Shown piece by piece: positions 38,238 through 46,914 of a stretch of 64,000 nucleotides of DNA (positions within the stretch are counted from its first letter, which is position 1; every line of letters starts with the position of its first letter). A program made the translations under genes and the position numbers. Below the pieces are notes generated by a model that was not told where the DNA came from, made no database searches, and was given only the letters and a program-made list of their open reading frames with translations. The stretch comes from Candidatus Omnitrophota bacterium (GTDB lineage Bacteria; Omnitrophota; Gorgyraeia; Zapsychrales; Fredricksoniimonadaceae): NCBI GenBank assembly GCA_015233675.1, contig JADFXH010000003.1, positions 89,279 to 153,278 of the forward strand, in the 5' to 3' direction.

Positions 38238-39262
38238 ACAGCGCTCACAGGCCATGCTGCTGGTTGACACTGTTTTTAGCATCAGGTATTCTCATAGGCC
38301 ATTTTTTGCCCGTTGCTTTACTCTTCTGGTTGTGGATTTCATCGGCACTGATTTTAGTTTTTTTGTTTCGTCCTAAAATTTGGCCGATTTACGCAAGTGT
38401 ATTTTGTTTAGGGGCGGCGCTGATCCACGTCGCACACCCTCCGGCCATGGATATCCTGCAGGACTGGCGAGGACAATTGAAGTGGTCTCTTTATCATTAT
38501 CTTGACGGTGAGGAAGCAGGGACAATGTCGGCTATCGTGCTGGGTGACCGGGGGCATATACCTAAAGAGATTAATATGCTTTTTCGGCATACCGGTACCG
38601 GGCATATTTTAGTGATTGCGGGGCTGCACATGGCTATGATGACAGCAATGATTCTTTTTATTTTAAAACTGATAAGAATTCCCCGTTGCCTGCAAATGGG
38701 GGGCAGCATTTTGTTTTTATTCATTTTTGCCATTTTGACCGGCGGTTCAGTCCCGGTAATGCGAGCGGTATTTATGGCCTCAGTGGTTCTGGCCTCATTT
38801 TCTTTTGAACATGAAAGCGACTCCTTAAATTCTTTGGCCTTGGCCGCGCTGATTTTATTGTTAATGGATGCGCATAATTTATTCGACACAGGTTTTCAGC
38901 TTTCTTTTGCGGCAGTTGCCGCCATTGTTATTCTGTATGGGCATATAGAAAAGCGATTGTCATTTTGCCCCCGATGGCTGGCTTCGACTTTGTCAGTGTC
39001 AACTTCCGCATGGATCGGGATTACACCATTGCAAATATGGCATTTTGGCACCATTACGCCGGTAGCTTTGATAGCCAATATTTTTATTGTCCCCTTACTG
39101 GATTTAACAGTCGCTTTAGGGTTACCTTTGGCTCTGGCGGGATTGTGGGCGCCTTCAGCGGCTTGGGCCATGGCCGGATGCCTGAAAGTAGTTTTTAATT
39201 TGATGGTCGTCATAGCCTACTGGTTCTCCCTTGTTCCATTCGGGTATATTCAACTAGGCTGA
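38234..39262 (+). CDS. comEC: ComEC/Rec2-family competence channel protein (competence domain only)
   Basis: 342 aa polytopic membrane protein with an ATGA overlap with comEA. AIVLGDRGHIP...FRHTGTGHILVIAGLHM fits the ComEC competence domain. The OB-fold and metallo-beta-lactamase domains of full-length ComEC are absent. Confidence 0.65.
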   Translation: MNSAHRPCCWLTLFLASGILIGHFLPVALLFWLWISSALILVFLFRPKIWPIYASVFCLGAALIHVAHPPAMDILQDWRGQLKWSLYHYLDGEEAGTMSAIVLGDRGHIPKEINMLFRHTGTGHILVIAGLHMAMMTAMILFILKLIRIPRCLQMGGSILFLFIFAILTGGSVPVMRAVFMASVVLASFSFEHESDSLNSLALAALILLLMDAHNLFDTGFQLSFAAVAAIVILYGHIEKRLSFCPRWLASTLSVSTSAWIGITPLQIWHFGTITPVALIANIFIVPLLDLTVALGLPLALAGLWAPSAAWAMAGCLKVVFNLMVVIAYWFSLVPFGYIQLG

Positions 39263-39316
39263 GCACGGCTGCCTAGTTAGCATATCTTTGATTTATATGG
39301 TATCTTTTAAATAACA

Positions 39317-42300
39317 ATGAAAAAGGCGTTTTGTATACTGACCCTCTTGTGCTTTTTGGTCACAAGCATCTTGGGGCCGAGCCCTGTTTTCGCTCAGTCT
39401 GCCTTGCCGGCAGGCAGTGATATTCGTTTGCCTGCACCAGGGCAAAGGGTCCATTTAAGCCAGCCATTTAATCCCCCAATCCTTAAAGGGATCAAAATCC
39501 ATCCTAATAATCCTTTCCGTTTTGATTTTATTCTGGACAAAGGAGATCTAGAGACGCCATTAATGGCGTCTCTACAAAATGAATCAACGAAATTAATCAA
39601 ATATTTCCTGGCCAGTTTAACCATCCCCGAAAAAGACCTGTGGGTAAACTTATCCCCGTATGAAAAAGACAGTATAGTCCCGCAGTCTTTTGGTCAAACA
39701 GAGATGGGGAGAGATCTGTTGGCTGAAGATTACATTCTTAAGCAAATAACAGCATCGCTTATTTATCCTGAAGATGAGGTTGGTAAGAAATTCTGGAAGC
39801 GGGTATATGAAGAAGCAGCTAAAAGATTTGGATCGACAAATATTCCGGTCAATACTTTTAATAAAGTTTGGATAGTTCCAGCAAAAGCGGTGGTTTACGA
39901 GAATGTTGAAGCGAAAACAGCATATGTGGTTGAATCGAAATTGAAAGTAATGCTTGAGCAGGATTATTTAGCTTTGTCAAAAAATCAAATGCAAACCAGT
40001 GGCCGCCAACCAGGGGACATGTTCAATATAGAACAACAAAAGAACGTGTCCCCAAGCACGCTGCCAAACGAATTAGGGCTGAATGTGAAAGCTCCCCCAG
40101 GGCAACATTCCAACGATTTACAAGGCGTCAATGAATTAGGCTCCAAAATCGTCAGGGAAATCGTCATTCCCGAACTAACCAAAGAAGTCAACGAAGACAA
40201 GAATTTTTCACAACTTCGTCAAGTCTACAATTCATTGATTCTAGCGACATGGTACAAAAAGAAAATTAAAGACAGCATCCTGGCACAGGTGTATATAGAT
40301 AAGAAAAAGGTTTTGGGCGCAGGTTATGAGCTAAGTATTATCCCAGAGTTGCCGACCAGGGGACGTGTCCCCGCTTTTGGGGACGTGTCCCCAAGCTGTA
40401 CGCCAAGCAGCAAAGGGCTGAATGTGAAAGCGACCCAGAGGAACAAGCCTAACGATGTGGAACTTATCTACCAACGCTACCTCCAAGCTTTTAAAAAAGG
40501 CGTTTACAATTATATCAAAGAGGAAATTGACCCTGCCACTGATGAAACGATACCGAGAAAGTATTTTTCGGGAGGATTTGATGCAACAGATTTTGCTCAA
40601 CTAACCTTAGAAACAGTAAATACAATTGATTACGCTCAGTTAGGGGATTTGACCCACATGGTTAAGATTTCTGCCGGAATTAATGTGGTTGATAAGGCCA
40701 TGATAAGTAATGAGCAGATGAATGCAAAATTGATCGATGCTTATCAAGGCCCTTCTGATGAAGAAATGGTGGATTTGACCCCGTGGTTTGGAGAAAGCGC
40801 TCTAAAAGAGGGATTCTTGAAAAATTCTTTTATTTTACCCAATGGTAAGACTTGGGGGCGGCAGGTGTACATGAGAGTTGGGGGGGGGTTAAGAAAAGTG
40901 GAAGTCATTGTTCATAAGAAAAATAGGGAGGTAACAGGCATTACATTAGTAGGCTATAAAGGGGATGAAGTGAGCAGCCAAAGCCAATGGATATGGGATG
41001 GGGAAAAATTTAATTATAAAGTCCCGGAAGATAAAATTATCCAACAGCAGATAGAAAATAAGGTAACGCAAGAGTTAATGGATGCCTATAATAATGGCCC
41101 TGACGGTGTAGAGGTAAAACTAACCGAGTGGATTGGAGAAGTTCCCTTGAGAAAAGGATATATGAAAGCATCTTTTATTTTACCAAACGGGGAATTTTTG
41201 GGACGAAATATGGGTTTGGGGCTCATGAATTTGACACAAGTTAAAGCAGTTATTCATAAGAAAGGAGGCAAAGTTGAAGGGATAACTTTAGTTGGTTATA
41301 GGGAAGAGAAAGAGGTTGTAAGAAATAAATGGGAATGGGATGGGAATAACCTGAACTATCCAAAACAGCAGATAGAGGACAAGGTAAAACGGGAATTAGT
41401 CAATGCTTATGAGAGCGGGCCGGACGGAACCCTTGTAGATATAACTGATTTTATTGGGAAAAGCTCATTAGATTTTGGACTCATGAAATCATCGTTTATT
41501 TTGCCTGATGGAGATACATGGGGCCGGCAGGAATCGATGAGGGTTAAAACTAAATTGACAAAAGTAAAAGTTGTTATTCATAAGAAAAAAGGAGAGGTTT
41601 CAGGAACAACTTTTATTGGTTATAAAGGAGATAAAGAAGCAGGGCGCAGTGAATGGCAATGGGATGGAAAGAAATTTATTTATCAAGAAAATAAAGTAAA
41701 ACAAGAATTAATAAATGCCTATGAAAACGGGCAGGACGAAACGACGGTAGATATAACTGATTTGTTGGGAGAAAGAAAATTGAAAGACGGGGTCTTGGGT
41801 ATGTCATTTATTTTACCAAGTGGTAAAACCTGGGGCATTGAAGAAGCGATGAAAGTGGGGGTTAATTTAACGTCAAGTAAAGTGGTTATACATAAAAAAG
41901 AGGGAAAAATCGTTGGAATAACTTTGATTGGTTATAGAGGCGAAAAAGAATGGGGCCGCAGTGAATGGACATGGGATGGGAAGAAGTTTAGCAGTTATTC
42001 TCAAACTAAGCAACGTCAGGTAGGGGATAAGGAAATGGAAGAGGTAGTAAATGCTTATCGGGATGGGCCTGATGGGAAAATAATAGATTTGACCGACTGG
42101 CTTAAAGGAAGCTCTTTGGAATCAGGCACTATGAGAGGGGCATTCATCTTACCTAATGGTGATATTTGGCATGGCTATGAGTATATGAAAGTAGGGATAA
42201 ATTTAACACAAGCTAAAATAGTTGTTCATAAAAATGAACAAAATGTTACAGGTATTACTTTTATTGGGTACAGAGGAGACAAAGAAATAGGGCGAAGTGA

Positions 42301-45300
42301 ATGGGTATGGCATGAAAATAAGTTTAATTATCATGCCCCAGCAGATAAAGCAAGGCAGCAAGAGGCCGGGGATAGGGTAAGGCAGGAATTAATTAGCGCT
42401 TATCAGAATGGTCCGGATGGGACAACAATTGATTTAACTGATTGGCTAGGAAAGGCCTATTTGAAAAATGCTCTATTAAGGAATACGTTTATTTTACCTG
42501 ATGGGAATACTATGGGAAAATCAGGAAATGAAACAAGAACAAAAATTGGAGCTGTCAATTTAACACGAATGAAGGTGATCATTCATAAGAAGGCAGACAA
42601 TGTTGAGGGACTTACTTTTGTTGGTTATAGGGGCGATAACGGAATTGAGAAGGAAGTTGGGCGTAGTGAATGGCAATGGGTGGGGGGAAATTTAAATTAT
42701 CAAGCCTCAGAGGATAAAATGAAGCAGCAGCAGATAGGGGATAACGTCAAGCAAAGATTAATGAGGGCTTACCGCGAAGGCCCTGATGGGAAAGAAGTGG
42801 ATTTGACGGATTGGCTGCAAGAAGAAAATTTAAAAAGAGGAGTCATAAAGAATACATTTATTTTGCCCAATGGCGCGAACTGGAGAAATAGAGAAAATAA
42901 TTATATGAAGGTAGGCATAAATTTAACCCAGGCGAGCGTTGTTATCCACAAGAACGATAATAAGGTGGAGTCAATAAGTTTTGTGGGTTATAAAGATGGA
43001 CAGGAATCAGGCCGAAGCCAATGGTTATGGGATGGCACAGAATTTATTTATCAAAACAATGTGCTTAAAAATCATCCTGATGTTCAAGAAGCCATTGCAT
43101 CAATAACGAAGAATTTAGATGAAATATTCCTAAATAATCTTGGAGAATTGACGGGGCGTTATGTAGTGGATATAAAGAATTTGTTATGGGGATTAGCAGG
43201 GCATCAATTAAAAGGCAAGTACGATGAAGAAACAATCAGGAAGCTGATTGATAATCAACTTAGGGAGTTATTTGAAGAAGAGGAAGGTCTTCAATCCATT
43301 GATACAGTTGATATCAAAGAACAGGGCAAAGAGGAGTCTCCTGGATTTTTAGAAGAGCCCAATCTAACGCAGGAAGAGATTTCAGCCTTTGGACGGGCAG
43401 TTGAAGAACATCTTAAGAATTTAGAGCAGGATGAAGGTTTACGGAACATTGTACGGGATCAGGCCAAGAACTTTATCCGTAAATTAGAGGAAAAATATTT
43501 TTTCAGGCAATATTATCGGGATTTCCCGCAAGATTTATTAGGCCAGGAAGTGTCGGTGATGCTGGATCTGGCTATTGAAGAAGAAAAAGGAAGTATTACC
43601 AAAGAGGTTTTAGGGGATATATTACAAGAAGTCAAAGAAGCGCTGGCATACCAGGAAAAATTAGTAAAACTTGGCGTTAAGACACCGATGAATTTATATC
43701 AATTGTTAACCATGAAGAAAGTTTTAGATTTAAAAGGGATAGTCTTGGCTGATGAAATGGGCCTCGGCAAGACGCTTCAAGCACTGGCTTCTTTTTTACT
43801 AAGCGGGAAAGAGGAGATGTTGGTTTTAGGGCCCAAATCTGTCTTGAGCCGGTGGATGGATGATATGGGCAAGCACCTTGATACGCCGTTGGAACTTGTT
43901 ATTTTAGGTGAGTTTGATCCGTTGCTAATTTTATCTGAGAATCCGAAAATAAAGATTACGGTAGTCAGGAAAGAGGACAGGTTTAATTATATTTTAAATC
44001 CCCGGCCCCCCGCAACAGAAGGGCACAAGCGAGTAGTCTTAATGAATTATGAATTATTGCCGAATATGCAGAACTATCGACATAAGAATCAATTGCCGGC
44101 CATCCACACAGATTTTCTTGCCCTTGATGAAGCTCATTTATTAAAAAACCGTTACACAGACACTTCCAAAGCTGTGTATGGAGATTCACAAGGCCAGGGA
44201 TATATCGAAGCTGAATATAAAATGGTGATGACAGGAACGCCGCTGGAAAACAGGCCGCAGGACATGTATGCGCCGTTACAATATTTGGCAAGAGGCGGCA
44301 CGAGCGATGAGGAGAAGTTTTTTGCCGGTTTAACTGCCCGCCAATTTGCCGCTAACTTTGCCAAAGAGAGACTAGACCGTTTGTCGATGTTACATAGCTA
44401 TATATCGTCCCGCATGGTTCGTCGATATAAAGAGGATGTTTTAACAGGATTGCCCCAAAAGGAAGAAAAGATCGTAAAATTAGACCCTTTGCGCAGAGTG
44501 ATGAAAATAGGAGACAGAGAAATCCCGCTTGCGGGCAATTACCAGCAGCAAATGAGTTTATACGAGAAAGCTTACAGTGCGCCGGGATACTTTGATCGTA
44601 AGTATATTCAATTTGATGACGAAGAAGACATTAGTGAGACACCGGAATCAGAAGTCACGGAAGAAAAAAGTTCCCGGAGTCGGCATGGGATACAATTGAT
44701 TCGGATGGAGCAAGCGGCTTTAAGTCCGGATTTTTTTGAAGAAGGCGCTGATTCGATCAAGTTTGATGCCGCTAAAATGCTTGTTAAAGAAAGAGTGGCC
44801 CAGGGCAAATCGGTAATTATTTTTTCAAATTACCGTCAGCCTTTAGGGAAATTGCGCAGTGAAATAAGCCAAATGATCGGTGAAGATCAAGTGGCCTATG
44901 TGGATGGTACGGTAGTTGATAATGATCGTCAGAAACAAATAGACCTTTTTCAGGCAGGCCAAGCTAAGGTTATGGTGGCGACTATCGCCACTTTAGGGCT
45001 AGGGATTGAGTTGACCCAAGCGGATTCAATAATTTTTTTAAATTACCCCTGGAAGCCATCTACATTTAAGCAAGCCATTGACCGGGCTCATCGACGGGAT
45101 GATCAGCGTAATATGCCCGGCAAGAAACTGGAGATCATAAGCCTTGAGTACGATGCTCCCATGTCTATAGATCATGAAAAGGCAAAAGTATTAAAACGCA
45201 AGAACATCCTGGCTGAGATGATCATAGAAGGAAATTTGACTCCGGAGGTTTTACGAGCGTTTCGGGATGTTGATAAACGGCTGGTCGATAGTTTAAAAAA

Positions 45301-46834
45301 GTCATCGGATAGCATGGTGCTAATGGATCCTTTTGAATTATCATTGTTGCAGGAAGTAAGGCTGATCATCGGACAGATCGCCCATACCAATGATATGGAA
45401 AAGCGTCGACAATTATGGGACAAAACAGCTCAATTATATACTATAACTTTAGAGCACAGCGCTTCCTTTTATGCAAATTTAGCAGGTTTGGACTACTTAA
45501 GCAGTGATGCCTTTCCTGAATTAAAAGGATATGAAATTAAGGCTTTGGATCTTGCCTCGGGCCCGTCGACATTATACCGGGCATATGAACGGGGGGGGGC
45601 ACATTTGCGGCAAAATGGCTTAAATTTGGATATAACAGACTATGATGCGAATGTCATGATGTTACGGCTGGGACAATACCGCGAGGGCCAACAAATGGCA
45701 GGTCACATGGATGATTTGGGCAAAGCCATGGATGAAGGGAAACTCAAGGAAGGTCAATATGGACTTGTTAATATGTCATACGCTTTAAAATATACTGATC
45801 ATCCGGCAGCGCTGATGAAGAATATTCACCGGCTATTAAAAGAGGGAGGGGTGTTCTCTTTAATTTTACCGGATACTCATATTATCCCGCCTTCTTTTAT
45901 AGAAGCTATGCAGGCATTGGGGTTTGAGTTAAAACCGGGAGCAAAATTGATTTCCAGTTTGGATGATGAAACTTATAAATCCCTGGTGGAGGAGTATGGG
46001 GAGGGGTTTGCGCAAGATGTCCGCACTCAAACTCAAGGCAGTTTTACCTATTTAGTGGCAAGGAAAGCGGCTGAAACAGAATTGGCGGGGGTTGTGACGG
46101 ATAAAGATTTTCTGATGAGCCGAAAGGTCCCCATTGAATGGGGCAGGGATAAGGTAGAAAAGATGTTAGGCTATGAATCGAAGATGAAAATCATCCCTGA
46201 GACAGTCATGGTCCGTGGTGATGTTGTTTTTACAGAAGACTTATTAACTGATCTGCTTATGCCTCCCGCAGAAGAAACTGATTTAATGAAAATCAACAAA
46301 ATATTACGGCAGCCATTACGGTTGATATCCCAACTATCAATTTATAGTCATCAATGGGCAGAGAATCGCAGCTCAAGGCTTAAACAGGAACTTCTCAACG
46401 AGAAATTGATCGCATTGTCCGGTGATTTAACAGACTGGATAAGCGAACATGGCAGAGATTTAGATAGGGACCAAAAAGAACAATTGAGATTACGGATTGA
46501 ATCCTTAACATCTGTAGATAGAGTAAGGCAGTGGTTTATCCGGCATTTGGAAATTATTCAGGAATTACGCAGTGCCTTAGATGCGGCTATGAGCACAAGT
46601 TTAGTCAATACTCAAGCAGATAAAGGCGGGATTGATTTAACATCTGATAAGGTATTTTCTATCCAAAATAACGGCCAAGGCATTAAATTCCAAATTGATC
46701 CCGTTATGCTTCGACAGTTGCAAAACGCCTCGGGCTTTGTGCCTGTGATTATCGATATCCAGCCGATGACGGATTTACGGAAATTTTTAGGTCTGCAGGA
46801 AAATGCGGCCAGTACGCCCAGCATCGCCACTTGA
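39317..46834 (+). CDS. Giant exported multidomain protein: signal peptide + unknown N-module + 7 tandem repeats + SNF2 helicase + SAM-methyltransferase-like domain + unknown C-module
   Basis: 2505-aa uninterrupted ORF. The N-terminus MKKAFCILTLLCFLVTSILGPSPVFA/QS looks like a Sec signal. SNF2 motifs LADEMGLGKTLQALA (I), LALDEAHLLKN (II, DEAH), MTGTPLENRPQDMY (III), VMVATIATLGLGIELTQADSIIFL (V), KQAIDRAHRRDDQ (VI). Methyltransferase-like ALDLASGPSTL ... LVNMSYALKY ... LLKEGGVFSLILP. Confidence 0.85.
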   Translation: MKKAFCILTLLCFLVTSILGPSPVFAQSALPAGSDIRLPAPGQRVHLSQPFNPPILKGIKIHPNNPFRFDFILDKGDLETPLMASLQNESTKLIKYFLASLTIPEKDLWVNLSPYEKDSIVPQSFGQTEMGRDLLAEDYILKQITASLIYPEDEVGKKFWKRVYEEAAKRFGSTNIPVNTFNKVWIVPAKAVVYENVEAKTAYVVESKLKVMLEQDYLALSKNQMQTSGRQPGDMFNIEQQKNVSPSTLPNELGLNVKAPPGQHSNDLQGVNELGSKIVREIVIPELTKEVNEDKNFSQLRQVYNSLILATWYKKKIKDSILAQVYIDKKKVLGAGYELSIIPELPTRGRVPAFGDVSPSCTPSSKGLNVKATQRNKPNDVELIYQRYLQAFKKGVYNYIKEEIDPATDETIPRKYFSGGFDATDFAQLTLETVNTIDYAQLGDLTHMVKISAGINVVDKAMISNEQMNAKLIDAYQGPSDEEMVDLTPWFGESALKEGFLKNSFILPNGKTWGRQVYMRVGGGLRKVEVIVHKKNREVTGITLVGYKGDEVSSQSQWIWDGEKFNYKVPEDKIIQQQIENKVTQELMDAYNNGPDGVEVKLTEWIGEVPLRKGYMKASFILPNGEFLGRNMGLGLMNLTQVKAVIHKKGGKVEGITLVGYREEKEVVRNKWEWDGNNLNYPKQQIEDKVKRELVNAYESGPDGTLVDITDFIGKSSLDFGLMKSSFILPDGDTWGRQESMRVKTKLTKVKVVIHKKKGEVSGTTFIGYKGDKEAGRSEWQWDGKKFIYQENKVKQELINAYENGQDETTVDITDLLGERKLKDGVLGMSFILPSGKTWGIEEAMKVGVNLTSSKVVIHKKEGKIVGITLIGYRGEKEWGRSEWTWDGKKFSSYSQTKQRQVGDKEMEEVVNAYRDGPDGKIIDLTDWLKGSSLESGTMRGAFILPNGDIWHGYEYMKVGINLTQAKIVVHKNEQNVTGITFIGYRGDKEIGRSEWVWHENKFNYHAPADKARQQEAGDRVRQELISAYQNGPDGTTIDLTDWLGKAYLKNALLRNTFILPDGNTMGKSGNETRTKIGAVNLTRMKVIIHKKADNVEGLTFVGYRGDNGIEKEVGRSEWQWVGGNLNYQASEDKMKQQQIGDNVKQRLMRAYREGPDGKEVDLTDWLQEENLKRGVIKNTFILPNGANWRNRENNYMKVGINLTQASVVIHKNDNKVESISFVGYKDGQESGRSQWLWDGTEFIYQNNVLKNHPDVQEAIASITKNLDEIFLNNLGELTGRYVVDIKNLLWGLAGHQLKGKYDEETIRKLIDNQLRELFEEEEGLQSIDTVDIKEQGKEESPGFLEEPNLTQEEISAFGRAVEEHLKNLEQDEGLRNIVRDQAKNFIRKLEEKYFFRQYYRDFPQDLLGQEVSVMLDLAIEEEKGSITKEVLGDILQEVKEALAYQEKLVKLGVKTPMNLYQLLTMKKVLDLKGIVLADEMGLGKTLQALASFLLSGKEEMLVLGPKSVLSRWMDDMGKHLDTPLELVILGEFDPLLILSENPKIKITVVRKEDRFNYILNPRPPATEGHKRVVLMNYELLPNMQNYRHKNQLPAIHTDFLALDEAHLLKNRYTDTSKAVYGDSQGQGYIEAEYKMVMTGTPLENRPQDMYAPLQYLARGGTSDEEKFFAGLTARQFAANFAKERLDRLSMLHSYISSRMVRRYKEDVLTGLPQKEEKIVKLDPLRRVMKIGDREIPLAGNYQQQMSLYEKAYSAPGYFDRKYIQFDDEEDISETPESEVTEEKSSRSRHGIQLIRMEQAALSPDFFEEGADSIKFDAAKMLVKERVAQGKSVIIFSNYRQPLGKLRSEISQMIGEDQVAYVDGTVVDNDRQKQIDLFQAGQAKVMVATIATLGLGIELTQADSIIFLNYPWKPSTFKQAIDRAHRRDDQRNMPGKKLEIISLEYDAPMSIDHEKAKVLKRKNILAEMIIEGNLTPEVLRAFRDVDKRLVDSLKKSSDSMVLMDPFELSLLQEVRLIIGQIAHTNDMEKRRQLWDKTAQLYTITLEHSASFYANLAGLDYLSSDAFPELKGYEIKALDLASGPSTLYRAYERGGAHLRQNGLNLDITDYDANVMMLRLGQYREGQQMAGHMDDLGKAMDEGKLKEGQYGLVNMSYALKYTDHPAALMKNIHRLLKEGGVFSLILPDTHIIPPSFIEAMQALGFELKPGAKLISSLDDETYKSLVEEYGEGFAQDVRTQTQGSFTYLVARKAAETELAGVVTDKDFLMSRKVPIEWGRDKVEKMLGYESKMKIIPETVMVRGDVVFTEDLLTDLLMPPAEETDLMKINKILRQPLRLISQLSIYSHQWAENRSSRLKQELLNEKLIALSGDLTDWISEHGRDLDRDQKEQLRLRIESLTSVDRVRQWFIRHLEIIQELRSALDAAMSTSLVNTQADKGGIDLTSDKVFSIQNNGQGIKFQIDPVMLRQLQNASGFVPVIIDIQPMTDLRKFLGLQENAASTPSIAT
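40703..43051 (+). repeat. Seven tandem ~105-123-aa protein repeats inside the giant ORF
   Basis: Unit consensus: L..AY..GPDG..VDLTDWLG...L..G.....FILPNG..WG......MKVG.NLTQ.KVVIHKK...V.GIT..GY.G.KE.GRSEW.WDG..FNY. Unit ends fall at 41017, 41359, 41683, 41998, 42331, 42700 and 43051. Confidence 0.85.
43690..45110 (+). other. SNF2-family helicase/translocase core (domain of the giant ORF)
   Basis: GLGKT at about 43760-43774, the DEAH box at 44125-44136, and helicase-C motifs through IDRAHRRDDQ at about 45080-45110. Confidence 0.8.
45480..46070 (+). other. Class-I SAM-dependent methyltransferase-like domain (domain of the giant ORF)
   Basis: Motif I-like LDLASGPS, an acidic post-I residue (ITDYD), and motif III-like LLKEGGVFSLILP. 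No (D/N/S)PP(Y/F/W) DNA amino-methyltransferase motif is seen in this domain. Confidence 0.5.
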
Positions 46835-46858
46835 CAAACTAAAAAAATGTGCTATATT
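46831..46858 (+). promoter_or_regulatory. Sigma70-type promoter of the hsp20-clpB unit
   Basis: TTGACA (46831-46836, overlapping the giant-ORF stop), 16-nt spacer, TATATT (46853-46858). Runs straight into a CIRCE operator. Confidence 0.6.
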
Positions 46859-46883
46859 AGCACTTAGGGGTTGAGAGTGCCAA
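46857..46883. promoter_or_regulatory. CIRCE operator 1 (HrcA binding site)
   Basis: TTAGCACTT-aggggttga-GAGTGCCAA, against the consensus TTAGCACTC-N9-GAGTGCTAA. Confidence 0.8.
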
Positions 46884-46914
46884 CATTCTTCAGCTCCTTT
46901 TTAAAGGTCTTTAA

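Noticed and set aside
39317-46834. The giant ORF as a Type I / Type ISP restriction-modification enzyme or a DISARM/BREX component.
   Set aside because: I see no (D/N/S)PP(Y/F/W) amino-methyltransferase motif in the MTase-like region. I see no PD-(D/E)xK, Mrr or PLD nuclease motif. There are no partner genes (drmA/B/C, pglZ, brxC, hsdS). The N-terminal export signal is also inconsistent with these systems. They are not excluded without profile searches.
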